DNA of 64,000 bases, taken from positions 3,670 to 67,669 of the forward strand of contig JAQWWH010000065.1 of the NCBI GenBank assembly GCA_029255105.1, read 5' to 3'. The notes beneath the pieces were generated by a model. It was not told the origin of the DNA. It saw only the letters and a program-made list of their open reading frames with translations, and ran no database searches. Below, in pieces: positions 37,642 to 46,868 of the stretch. The translations under genes and the position numbers were made by a program. Source of the stretch: Flavimaricola sp. (GTDB lineage Bacteria; Pseudomonadota; Alphaproteobacteria; Rhodobacterales; Rhodobacteraceae). The number at the start of each line of letters is the position of its first letter. Positions within the stretch are counted from its first letter, which is position 1.

Positions 37642-39204
37642 ATGACCACACGACTTTTGACGACGACAGCGGCGACAGCCTTGTCGGTAGCTTTGCTTGC
37701 TGCGGGGGCGGCCAACGCCCAGACCGTGGTGACAATGAACACCGTGCAGATCTTTGGCACCATCGATCCGGCCAAGATCAGCGACTACACCGACTATATG
37801 GCGGCGGTGAACCTTTATGACGGGCTGGTGACGGTCGATGGATCGGGCAACCTTGTCCCACAGCTGGCCGAAAGCTGGGTGGTGTCGGATGACGCCAGCG
37901 AAGTGACCTTTACCCTGCGCTCGGATGCCACCTTCAGCGATGGATCGCCGGTCGAGGCATCTGATGTGGTCTATTCGTTCGAGCGGTTGTTGCGCATCAA
38001 CCAAGGCCCCGCCAACCTTTTTGCAGGTGTGGTCGAGTCCGGCAGCGTCGTTGCCGTTGACGCGCAGACGGTGTCCTTCACCCTGTCCAAGACCTTTGCC
38101 CCCTTCATGGCAACGGTCCCGGCGCTGATGATCGTCAACGAAGAGGTGGTCGAGGCCAACCTTGGCGATGACGACGGTCAGACCTACCTGTCGGCCAATG
38201 TCGCAGGCTCTGGCGCCTATCTGCTGGACAGCTGGGATCGCGGATCGCGGATGATCATCAAACGCGACCCCAACTACTATGGCGAAATGCCGGAAAGCCC
38301 CATCGACGAGGTCCGCTGGATCGTCACCAATGACGAAGCCACCGTGCGTGCCCTTGCCGCGTCCGGCGAATTGACGATGTCGAGCCAGTTCCAGTCCCCC
38401 GATACCTATGCCGCCCTTGTCGACATGGGCCGGTTCCGGGTGGTCAGCCAGCCGACCGCGACTGCATTCTACTTCAAGCTCAACAGCCAGGTCGCCCCGA
38501 CCGATGACGTGCACATTCGCCGCGCCATCGCCTATGCAACGGACTTTGAGACCATCCGCGAGGTCATCTTTCCGGGTGATCCAATGACCACCGTCCTGCC
38601 CGAAGCCTTCGCAGACTTCCACGCAGGCGATGTTGAAGGCCCGTCCTACAACCTTGAGATGGCCGCCGCCGAAGTGGCGCAATCGGCCTATGCCGGTCAG
38701 GAGATCCCACTGACGCTGGGCTATGTGGCCGGGACCCTGTTCGAGGAAGAGATCAGCCTTCTGATGCAGGCCAATCTTGAAACGCTGGGCTTTGTCATCA
38801 CTCAGCAGCCTGACCCCTGGAACCGGGTGACCGAGATCGCAAGCCAGGTCGAAACCACCCCCAACCTGAACCAGATCTTCTTTGGACCCACCTACCCAAG
38901 CCCGGATTCGATGTTCTTTACCCAGTACCATTCAGACGCCGCAGGCACCTGGGCGTCGATGGAGTGGTTGCAGGACCCCGAGATCGACGCCCTGATCGAC
39001 GCAGCCCGCGCCACCGGCGACGTCGCCGAACAGGCCGAGCTTTACAAGCAAGTGCAGCGCAACCTGGCCGAACAGATGGTCAGCGTCCCGCTATTGGCCC
39101 AGACGGTTCAGCACGCGATGGACAACTGCCTGGACGGGTTCAACGCCGTTCCCATGCAGTCGTTTGACTACGACTTCTCTCGCTACAGCTGGACCTGCAT
39201 GTAA
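37642..39204 (+). CDS. ABC transporter substrate-binding protein, family 5 (peptide/opine/nickel type)
   Basis: Signal peptide MTTRLLTTTAATALSVALLAAGAANAQ. LAESWVVSDDASEVTFTLRSDATFSDGSPV. Confidence 0.85.
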   Translation: MTTRLLTTTAATALSVALLAAGAANAQTVVTMNTVQIFGTIDPAKISDYTDYMAAVNLYDGLVTVDGSGNLVPQLAESWVVSDDASEVTFTLRSDATFSDGSPVEASDVVYSFERLLRINQGPANLFAGVVESGSVVAVDAQTVSFTLSKTFAPFMATVPALMIVNEEVVEANLGDDDGQTYLSANVAGSGAYLLDSWDRGSRMIIKRDPNYYGEMPESPIDEVRWIVTNDEATVRALAASGELTMSSQFQSPDTYAALVDMGRFRVVSQPTATAFYFKLNSQVAPTDDVHIRRAIAYATDFETIREVIFPGDPMTTVLPEAFADFHAGDVEGPSYNLEMAAAEVAQSAYAGQEIPLTLGYVAGTLFEEEISLLMQANLETLGFVITQQPDPWNRVTEIASQVETTPNLNQIFFGPTYPSPDSMFFTQYHSDAAGTWASMEWLQDPEIDALIDAARATGDVAEQAELYKQVQRNLAEQMVSVPLLAQTVQHAMDNCLDGFNAVPMQSFDYDFSRYSWTCM

Positions 39205-39210
39205 CTTCGG

Positions 39211-39256
39211 CCCTGCCCAAAGCCTCGCCCCGACCGCCCTAAGGCAGGGGCGAGGC
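39211..39256 (+). terminator. intercistronic stem-loop after the SBP gene
   Basis: GCCTCGCCCC (39222-39231) pairs with GGGGCGAGGC (39247-39256). An alternative outer pairing is CCCTGCC/GGCAGGG. There is no clear T-tract. Confidence 0.35.
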
Positions 39257-39284
39257 ATCCTGAAACCCCCCATTGGTGGATGCC

Positions 39285-40310
39285 ATGGAATTCCTCGGCT
39301 TCCTTGTCAGACGGCTGCTTTGGTCGCTTCTGGTGCTGTTCGGGCTGTCGATCGTGATCTTCACGATTGCCCGGATCGTGCCGGGCGATCCGGCCCGCAT
39401 GGCCCTTGGCCCCACCGCAAGCGCCGAGCAGGTGGCAGACCTGCAAGAAAAGCTGGGCCTGAACAAGCCGATGGTCGAACAATACGGCCTGTTCCTGACC
39501 GGCCTGACACGAGGCGAGCTGGGGCGTTCACTCCTGACCGAACAATCGGTCAACTCCGACATCCGCAAGACCTTTCCCGCAACGCTTGAGCTGGTGATCT
39601 CAACCATCCTCTTTGCCTTTGTCCTTGGTGTTCCCCTCGGGGTGGCGGCGGCGCGATGGAAGGACCGATGGCCCGATACCCTTGTGCGCGCCATCGCCAT
39701 CTTTTCCGCCGTTCTGCCCGCCTTCTTCCTCGCGCTTCTGCTGCAAATTCTGGCGGGCTATGTCCTCAATATCCTGCCCACCACCGGGCGACTCCCGGCG
39801 AGCATGTCGTTTGACGCCGATATCACCGGGCTGATCCTGATCGACAGCCTTCTGAAGGGCCGGCTCGACGTGATGGGCGAAGCCGCGCGGCATCTGTTGC
39901 TGCCCACCCTCGCCCTTGGTCTAGCCACGATGGGCCAGATCGCCCGGATCACCCGCGCCTCGATGATCGACGTCAGCCGGCAGGACTATATCGAGGCCGC
40001 CCGCGCCTTTGGCGTGCCGGACCGGCTGCGGATGTTCAAATACATGCTGCGCCCCGCCTTTGTCCCGCCCCTGACGATCACCGGGCTCGAATTTGCCTCT
40101 CTCATCGGCAACGCCTTTGTGGTCGAGCTGATCTTTTCCTGGCCGGGCATGGCCTCTTACGGGATCCGGGCCATCGTCCAGAAGGACCTGAACGCCATCA
40201 TGGGTGTTGTCATGGTGTCGGGGGCGTTCTTTGTCTTCGTCAACCTTTTGATCGATGTGCTTGTCGGCGTCGTGGACCCCCGCGTCCGGATCAGGGGAAG
40301 CCGGACATGA
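39285..40310 (+). CDS. ABC transporter permease (DppB/OppB-like)
   Basis: MEFLGFLVRRLLWSLLVLFGLSIVIFT is the typical N-terminus. 6 TM. Confidence 0.85.
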   Translation: MEFLGFLVRRLLWSLLVLFGLSIVIFTIARIVPGDPARMALGPTASAEQVADLQEKLGLNKPMVEQYGLFLTGLTRGELGRSLLTEQSVNSDIRKTFPATLELVISTILFAFVLGVPLGVAAARWKDRWPDTLVRAIAIFSAVLPAFFLALLLQILAGYVLNILPTTGRLPASMSFDADITGLILIDSLLKGRLDVMGEAARHLLLPTLALGLATMGQIARITRASMIDVSRQDYIEAARAFGVPDRLRMFKYMLRPAFVPPLTITGLEFASLIGNAFVVELIFSWPGMASYGIRAIVQKDLNAIMGVVMVSGAFFVFVNLLIDVLVGVVDPRVRIRGSRT

Positions 40311-41173
40311 GCCAGCAGGAAGCCCTGTCCAACGCCTGGCAGAACTGGTTCCGGTTCTCGCGCAATCCGACGGCCGTGATCGGGGCGATCATCGTGATCA
40401 GCTCGGTCTCGCTGGCGTTGCTGGCGCCCTACATCACCCCCTTTCCAGACCATGTTGGCGCGGTCGTCGATTTCCGCAACCGTCATCAGCCCCCGTCCGC
40501 GGTGCATTGGTTTGGCACTGACAACGTGGGGCGGGACATCTTTACGCGCGTCATCTTTGGCCTGCGGGTGTCGCTGCTTCTGGCTGTCGTGGTGCTGGGC
40601 ATCGCGATCCCGGTTGGCGTGGTCCTTGGCCTGCTCGCTGGATACTTTGGCGGCTGGGTCGAGATTGTGATCATGCGGATCACCGATATTGCCCTGGCCA
40701 TTCCGCCCCTTGTCATGGCGCTGGCGGTCGCCGCAGTGCTCACCCCGTCGCTGACAAACTCCATGCTCGCCATCGCCCTTCTCTGGTGGACCTGGCACAC
40801 CCGGCTGATCTATTCGCTGACCCGGCAATTGCGCAGTCAGGAGTTTGTCGAGGCGGCCGAAACGCTGGGCGCGTCAAAGGCGCATATCCTGTTTCGCGAA
40901 ATCCTGCCCAATTGCGTGTCGGCCATTGCGGTCAAGACATCGCTGGACGCGGGGTTCGTGATCCTGATCGGGGCGGCGCTGTCGTTTCTGGGGCTGGGCA
41001 TCCAGGCGCCCACCCCCGACCTTGGGACGATGGTCGCCTCGGGCGCGTCGTTCCTGCCCGACTACTGGTGGGAAAGCGTCCTGCCCGGCTGCGCGATCCT
41101 GTTTGTTGCCCTTGGCTTCAACCTTCTGGGCGACGGCTTGCGCGACATGTTCGATGTCGAGGACGTGCGATGA
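40307..41173 (+). CDS. ABC transporter permease (DppC/OppC-like)
   Basis: 288 aa. HWFGTDNVGRDIFTRVIFG motif. Confidence 0.85.
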   Translation: MSQQEALSNAWQNWFRFSRNPTAVIGAIIVISSVSLALLAPYITPFPDHVGAVVDFRNRHQPPSAVHWFGTDNVGRDIFTRVIFGLRVSLLLAVVVLGIAIPVGVVLGLLAGYFGGWVEIVIMRITDIALAIPPLVMALAVAAVLTPSLTNSMLAIALLWWTWHTRLIYSLTRQLRSQEFVEAAETLGASKAHILFREILPNCVSAIAVKTSLDAGFVILIGAALSFLGLGIQAPTPDLGTMVASGASFLPDYWWESVLPGCAILFVALGFNLLGDGLRDMFDVEDVR

Positions 41174-41988
41174 CAGCGCTTCTGTCCGTCCAGAACCTGA
41201 GCGTGTCCTTCACCACCTATGGCAGGCGGGTCGAGGTGCTAAAGTCGGTTTCGCTTGACGTGCCCGAAGGGGCGCAGATCGCGCTGGTGGGCGAAAGCGG
41301 GTCGGGCAAGTCGGTGACCATGAAGACGATCATGGGCATCCTGCCCCAGCCCCCGGCCAGGATTGACGGCGGCTCGATCCTCTTTGACGGGCGCGACCTT
41401 CTGACCCTGCCCGAACGCGAAAGGCTCAAGCTGCGGGGCACCGCGATGAGCATGGTGTTTCAGGACCCGATGTCCTCGCTTAACCCGGTGTTCACGATCT
41501 ACGACCAGCTTGGGACGATCCTGAAATACGCCGACCGCCGCCTTGGCCGGAACCGGTCCGGCAAAGAGCGTAAGGCAAGGGTCCTCGACGTCCTTGCCCA
41601 GGTGCGCATGCGCGAGCCTGAGCGGGTCGCGGCCTCCTTTCCCATCATGCTGTCGGGGGGGATGCGGCAGCGGATCCTGATCGCGATGGCGCTTCTGTCC
41701 GAACCCCGCCTTCTGATCGCGGATGAGCCGGGGACGGCGCTGGATGTCACAACGCAGGCCCAGATCCTCAAACTGTTGAAAGACCTTGTCACCGAAAAGG
41801 GTCTGGCCCTTTTGATGATCACCCACAACCTGGGGGTCGTGCGCGAGACCTCTGGCTACACTTACGTGATGAACAAGGGCGAGATTGTCGAACACGGGCC
41901 AACCGCCGGGATCTTCGAGGCCCCGCGGCAGGCTTATACCCGCGACCTGATCGCCGCCGTGCCGCGCCTGACCGGGAGGGACCGATGA
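41170..41988 (+). CDS. ABC transporter ATP-binding protein (DppD-like)
   Basis: MTALLSVQNLSVSF, Walker A GESGSGKS, signature LSGGMRQRILIAMAL. The ATG at 41170 overlaps the permease TGA. The track start at 40786 lies inside the permease gene. Confidence 0.85.
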   Translation: MTALLSVQNLSVSFTTYGRRVEVLKSVSLDVPEGAQIALVGESGSGKSVTMKTIMGILPQPPARIDGGSILFDGRDLLTLPERERLKLRGTAMSMVFQDPMSSLNPVFTIYDQLGTILKYADRRLGRNRSGKERKARVLDVLAQVRMREPERVAASFPIMLSGGMRQRILIAMALLSEPRLLIADEPGTALDVTTQAQILKLLKDLVTEKGLALLMITHNLGVVRETSGYTYVMNKGEIVEHGPTAGIFEAPRQAYTRDLIAAVPRLTGRDR

Positions 41989-42872
41989 CCGCTCCGGTTC
42001 TGGAACTGCGCGACGTGGTCAAGACCTATGCCCTAAAGGGGGCCTTTGGCCGCTCTGCCGGAGAGGTGCGGGCGGTGGACGGGGTGTCCTTTGCGATCCA
42101 GAAGGGCGACGTCTACGGCCTTGCAGGCGAAAGCGGATCGGGCAAGTCCACCATTGCGCGGATGATCATGGGGCTGACACCGCCCACATCCGGCGACATC
42201 CTGATCGACGGGCAAAGCATCCTAGGGCGGCAGGCGACGCTGGCCCATCGCCAGCAGGTCCAGATGGTGTTCCAGAACCCCGGCGCGTCGCTGAACCCGC
42301 GCCGGACCGTGGGGCAATCCATTCGCGTGGCGCTGGATGCCCATCATTATGCCGATGACCGCAAGGCGCGCGTGGCCGAGCTTTTGGAAATGGTGCAGAT
42401 GCCACGCCACTTTGCCGACCGCTATCCCCACGAGCTTTCGGGTGGGCAAAAACAGCGCGTCGCCATCGCCCGCGCCCTTGCCGTTGAACCCCGCCTTCTG
42501 GTGCTGGATGAGCCGACATCGGCACTTGATGTGTCGGTCCAGGCCCGCGTGATCGAGCTTTTGGAGGGCCTCGTCGACCAGCTTGGCCTGACCTACCTTT
42601 TCATCAGCCATGACCTGAGCCTGATGCGCAACTTTGCCCAGGACGTCGGTGTCCTTTACCTTGGCAAGATCGTCGAGACGGGCCCGGTGGCTTCGGTCTT
42701 TGCCGATCCCCGACACGACTACACCCGCCTCTTGCTCGCCTCTGTCCCAGTCATTTCGGCCGAGGAAGAGGCGCTGAGGCCCAAGATCCCCCTCATTAAC
42801 GGCGAGATACCAACCGCCGAAGACCTGCTTGCATTGCGCACCCAGGCCCAATCGAAGGAACCACAGACATGA
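41985..42872 (+). CDS. ABC transporter ATP-binding protein (DppF-like)
   Basis: Walker A GESGSGKST, signature [15 protein letters not shown], Walker [13 protein letters not shown]. Confidence 0.9.
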   Translation: MTAPVLELRDVVKTYALKGAFGRSAGEVRAVDGVSFAIQKGDVYGLAGESGSGKSTIARMIMGLTPPTSGDILIDGQSILGRQATLAHRQQVQMVFQNPGASLNPRRTVGQSIRVALDAHHYADDRKARVAELLEMVQMPRHFADRYPHELSGGQKQRVAIARALAVEPRLLVLDEPTSALDVSVQARVIELLEGLVDQLGLTYLFISHDLSLMRNFAQDVGVLYLGKIVETGPVASVFADPRHDYTRLLLASVPVISAEEEALRPKIPLINGEIPTAEDLLALRTQAQSKEPQT

Positions 42873-44416
42873 TCCGGATCGGCATAGACGTGGGCGGCAC
42901 CAATACCGATGCCGTCGTGATGGATGGCAACACGGTCATCGCAGGCGTAAAGGCCGCGACCAGCAAGGATGTGATGACCGGCGTGGTCAACGCCCTGCGC
43001 AAGGTCCTTGACGCCGCCGGGATGGAGGCCTCTGCCGTTGACGTGGTCATGATCGGGACGACCCATTTCACCAACGCCGTCGTACAGCGCCGCGACCTTG
43101 CACCGACCGCCGCTGTCCGCCTGTGCCTGCCCGCCACCGCGTCCCTGCCCCCGATGGTCGACTGGCCCGAGGACCTGCGCGACGTGATCGGTAACCACTG
43201 GTTTCTGGCCCATGGCGGCAATGAATTCGACGGGCGCGTCATCTCGCCGATCGACGAGGCAGAGCTTGTCCACATCGCGGACCAGATCCGGGAACGGGGT
43301 GTGAATTCGGTCGCCGTGACGGCGGTCTTTTCCCCCGTCTCTACCGACTTTGAGCGGCAGGCTGGTGAGATCCTGGCCAAGGCCCTGCCCGATGCGCATA
43401 TCACCCTGTCCTCGGACATCGGCCGCATCGGCCTGCTCGAGCGTGAGAATGCCGCCATCATGAACGCCTGCCTGCGCGACCTGTCGCGCGATGTGGTCGC
43501 GGCGTTTCGCGGTGCGCTGGCCGATGTAGGCTTTACCGGCCGGTTCTACCTGACCCAGAACGACGGCACCCTGATGGATGCCGAATTTGCCGAAAGGTTC
43601 CCGGTTCTGACCTTTGCCTCCGGCCCCACCAACTCTATGCGGGGGGCAGCGTTTCTGTCCGGCGTGCAGGACGCCATCGTCGTCGACATCGGCGGCACGA
43701 CCTCGGACGTGGGGTCCTTGCAAAAGGGCTTTCCGAGGCAGGCCACCGTCGCGGTTGAGGTTGGCGGCGTGCGCACCAACTTTCGCATGCCGGACGTCTT
43801 TTCCATCGGGCTGGGGGGCGGATCGCTTGTCGTCGATGGTCCGGACGCGCTGACGGTCGGTCCGCAGTCCGTGGGCTACAGGATTGTCACCGAGGCGCTG
43901 ATTTTCGGGGGAGAGACGCTGACAACCTCTGACATCATCGTGGCCGATGGGGCCGCCGACCTTGGTGACAAGAGCAAGGTCGCGGGCCTCAGCCCGGACT
44001 TGATCCGCAAGGCGCGGGACCGCATTGCCTTTATGCTCGAGGATTCGGTGGAACGCGCCCGCATCTCGGCTGACCCCCTGCCCGTCATCGTGGTTGGTGG
44101 CGGCTCGATCCTGGTTGAGGGGCCGATTGCGGGGCTTGAGCTGATCATGCCCAACCATTTCGCCGTGGCCAATGCGGTGGGGGCCGCCATCGCCCAGGTC
44201 AGCGGTGAGGTTGATCGGGTCTATTCCCTGGCCGAGATTGGCCGCGACGAGGCGCTGAACGATGCCAAGGCCCGCGCGACCGAAGCGGCCGTGGCCGCAG
44301 GGGCCCGCCGCGATACGATCGAGATCGTCGATGTGGAGGATGTCCCGCTGGCCTACCTGCCCGGCAACGCGACCCGCGTGCGGGTCAAGGCGGTGGGTGA
44401 ACTTCATGTCGGTTAA
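42869..44416 (+). CDS. hydantoinase/oxoprolinase family protein (HyuA-like, ASKHA fold), with no HyuB partner
   Basis: MIRIGIDVGGTNTDAVVMDG...VVDIGGTTSDVG (two actin-fold phosphate motifs). 515 aa. Its ATG overlaps the upstream ATPase stop. Confidence 0.8.
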   Translation: MIRIGIDVGGTNTDAVVMDGNTVIAGVKAATSKDVMTGVVNALRKVLDAAGMEASAVDVVMIGTTHFTNAVVQRRDLAPTAAVRLCLPATASLPPMVDWPEDLRDVIGNHWFLAHGGNEFDGRVISPIDEAELVHIADQIRERGVNSVAVTAVFSPVSTDFERQAGEILAKALPDAHITLSSDIGRIGLLERENAAIMNACLRDLSRDVVAAFRGALADVGFTGRFYLTQNDGTLMDAEFAERFPVLTFASGPTNSMRGAAFLSGVQDAIVVDIGGTTSDVGSLQKGFPRQATVAVEVGGVRTNFRMPDVFSIGLGGGSLVVDGPDALTVGPQSVGYRIVTEALIFGGETLTTSDIIVADGAADLGDKSKVAGLSPDLIRKARDRIAFMLEDSVERARISADPLPVIVVGGGSILVEGPIAGLELIMPNHFAVANAVGAAIAQVSGEVDRVYSLAEIGRDEALNDAKARATEAAVAAGARRDTIEIVDVEDVPLAYLPGNATRVRVKAVGELHVG

Positions 44417-45512
44417 AGACGCCTACCCCCTGCTGGAAGCGGACCTTTTGCCGCTTTCGATCGGGGCGGCCCTTCTGGGCACCGGCGGCGGGGGAAACCC
44501 CTATGTCGGCATGCTACGATCCCGCGAACTGCTGCGCAAAGGGGCGACGGTCGACATCCTGCCACTTGAGGCGCTGCCGGATGACGCCTGGATCGGCGAG
44601 GTCGGCGGCATTGGCGCCCCCGTTGTCGGCGTTGAAAAGATCGAACAGGGCGAGGAATGCTACCGCGCCATGCGCGCCGTCGAAGACGTTGCCAACGTCA
44701 AGATGTCGGCGCTGATCTGCGCCGAGATCGGCGGGGCCAATTCGATGGAGCCGGTGATCACGGCCGCACAGGCGGGCCTGCCCGTCATCGATGGGGACGG
44801 CATGGGCCGGGCCTTTCCCGAAGTGCAGATGACGACGTTCTTCATCTACGGGGCAAAACCTGCCCCCGCCGCCATCGCGGACGACAAGGGCAATACGGTC
44901 GTGTTCCGCGATGTGGTCGACATGTACTGGCTGGAACGGTTCGCCCGCGACACCTCTGTCGCGATGGGGGCGGCGGCAGGTCTGGCGATTGCGCCGATGC
45001 GGATGGACTTCGTCCGGCGCACAGCGGTGCCCAACACGATGACACAGGCCCTGCAGATCGGGCGGACCGTGCTTGATGCCCGCGCCCGCAGGCTGAACGT
45101 GGTCGACCGGGTGATCGCGACCACCGGGGCCACGCTGTTCTTTACCGGCAAGATCACCGACATCCGGCGCGAGCTGAAGGGCGGTTTTGCCCGGGGCGAG
45201 GCCAAGATCGCAGGCTCAGGCGACTGGCAGGGCTGCGAAGGGCGGATCGCCATCCAGAACGAGAACCTTGTCCTCTGGGTCGACGGCACGCCCGTCATCA
45301 TGGTTCCCGACCTGATCATCAACCTTGACCTGGAAACCGGGGAACCGATCACCACCGAGATCCTGCGCTACGGCCAGCGGGTCGCGGTGATCGGCCTGCC
45401 CGTCCACGACCTGATGAAAACGCCCGAGGCGATGGCGGTCGTCGGCCCTCAGGCCTTTGGCTATCCCGACCTCACATTCACCCCCCTGGCCCTTGGCCCG
45501 GTGCACGGCTGA
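44406..45512 (+). CDS. DUF917 family protein, copy 1
   Basis: LGTGGGGNPYVG, IDGDGMGRAFPEVQMTTF, GGFARGEA. I chose the ATG at 44406 (MSVKDAYPLL), which overlaps the HyuA-like stop. The track start at 44262 lies inside the upstream gene. Confidence 0.75.
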   Translation: MSVKDAYPLLEADLLPLSIGAALLGTGGGGNPYVGMLRSRELLRKGATVDILPLEALPDDAWIGEVGGIGAPVVGVEKIEQGEECYRAMRAVEDVANVKMSALICAEIGGANSMEPVITAAQAGLPVIDGDGMGRAFPEVQMTTFFIYGAKPAPAAIADDKGNTVVFRDVVDMYWLERFARDTSVAMGAAAGLAIAPMRMDFVRRTAVPNTMTQALQIGRTVLDARARRLNVVDRVIATTGATLFFTGKITDIRRELKGGFARGEAKIAGSGDWQGCEGRIAIQNENLVLWVDGTPVIMVPDLIINLDLETGEPITTEILRYGQRVAVIGLPVHDLMKTPEAMAVVGPQAFGYPDLTFTPLALGPVHG

Positions 45513-45523
45513 AAGGAGCTGAC

Positions 45524-46609
45524 ATGACCATTCTGCGCAAAATCGACGTGGCCGACATGGAGGACATCGCCATTGGCGGGGCGGTTCTTGGCACCGGCGG
45601 CGGAGGTGACCCTTATGTGGGCAAGCTGATGGCCCAGCAGGCCATTCGCCAGTACGGGCCGGTCAACCTCATGGATGTCTCGGAACTGGACGACGACGCC
45701 CTCGTTGTCCCGGTCTGCATGATGGGGGCCCCCACTGTCATGACCGAGAAGCTGCCCCAGGGCGACGAGTTGATGAACGCCTTTCGGGCGCTTGAAAAGG
45801 TGATGGGCCGCAAGATCGACGCAGTCCTGTGCGGCGAGGCGGGGGGCGTCAATTCGACCACGCCCTTTGTCGTTGCGGCCGCCTCTGGCCTGCCGCTCAT
45901 TGACGGCGACGGCATGGGCCGGGCCTTTCCGGAATTGCAGATGGTGACCTTTACACTGTCGGGTGTCTCCGCAACACCGATGGTCCTATGCGATGACAAG
46001 GGCAATTCCCTCGTCCTTGATACCGTGTCAAACGCCTGGACAGAGCGGCTGGCCCGGGCGGCCACGATCGAAATGGGGGGATCGGCGCTGCTGGCGTTTT
46101 ACCCGATGTCGGGCAAGGTCGCCAAAGAGGCGGTGGTGCGGGGGACCCTGTCGCTTTGCGCCAAAGTGGGGGAAACCCTGCGCAGCGCCCGCGCCGCACA
46201 CGCCGATCCTGTCGCCGCATTGGCAGAGCTGCTGGGGGCGCAGATCCTGTTCCATGGCCGGATCATGGACATCGAACGACGCACTGAAGGCGGCTTTGCC
46301 CGGGGCAAGGCCACTGTGTCGGGGGTAGAAGAGTATCGCGACCAGACCCTCCGCCTTGATTTTCAGAACGAATTTCTGATTGCCGAACGGGACGGAACGG
46401 TCCTTGCGACCACCCCCGACCTGATCTCCCTTGTCGAGGCGGACAGCGGCGATCCGGTGACCACCGATTCCCTGAAATACGGCCAACGGCTGATCACCCT
46501 TGCCTGGCCCTGCAACCCGCTCTGGCGGACGCCCGAAGGGATCAAGCTGGTCGGCCCGCGCTACTTCAAATACGACCGGGATTATGTGCCCTTGGCGGGG
46601 TCCGCCTGA
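45524..46609 (+). CDS. DUF917 family protein, copy 2 (paralogue of copy 1)
   Basis: LGTGGGGDPYVG, IDGDGMGRAFPELQMVTF, GGFARGKA. AAGGAG RBS. Confidence 0.75.
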   Translation: MTILRKIDVADMEDIAIGGAVLGTGGGGDPYVGKLMAQQAIRQYGPVNLMDVSELDDDALVVPVCMMGAPTVMTEKLPQGDELMNAFRALEKVMGRKIDAVLCGEAGGVNSTTPFVVAAASGLPLIDGDGMGRAFPELQMVTFTLSGVSATPMVLCDDKGNSLVLDTVSNAWTERLARAATIEMGGSALLAFYPMSGKVAKEAVVRGTLSLCAKVGETLRSARAAHADPVAALAELLGAQILFHGRIMDIERRTEGGFARGKATVSGVEEYRDQTLRLDFQNEFLIAERDGTVLATTPDLISLVEADSGDPVTTDSLKYGQRLITLAWPCNPLWRTPEGIKLVGPRYFKYDRDYVPLAGSA

Positions 46610-46868
46610 CCCGGCCGCTGTCCCATCCGGTAACAAGCTGAACCAAGCATACAGTGTCGCCGCAAGCCGCTTTGAGAGGGACCTGCGGCAAAGGTCGTGG
46701 ACGCGCCTGAAGTAGGGACAAGGCGTCGACGTTCGCAAAACTTGGGAATCGGACCTTTGCGGCGCACTTCAGCTAATTCGGCCAGGCGGACGAAGCAGGC
46801 ATTGACTGCCATTGCGGCAATGACAGTTATCGGGATGCTGGCGTGTTGCGAATGGTCGAAGCCATGTC

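Noticed and set aside
37540-38931. 463-aa minus-strand ORF
   Set aside because: It is the antisense shadow of the family-5 SBP gene (37642-39204). It has no motifs and GC-rich-frame composition.
40786-41169. Upstream extension of the DppD-like ATPase ORF (track start 40786)
   Set aside because: It lies entirely within the DppC-like permease gene in another frame. The conserved ATPase N-terminus begins at 41170 with stop/start coupling.
42719-44407. 562-aa minus-strand ORF
   Set aside because: It is the antisense shadow of the HyuA-like gene. The sequence is Arg/Gly/Asp/His-rich junk with no recognisable domain.
46610-46868. Searched for tRNA, att or integrase signatures at the left border of the low-GC block
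   Set aside because: I found only an imperfect short inverted repeat (about 46800-46830), which could be the GT1 terminator. I saw no tRNA-like cloverleaf and no recombinase ORF.
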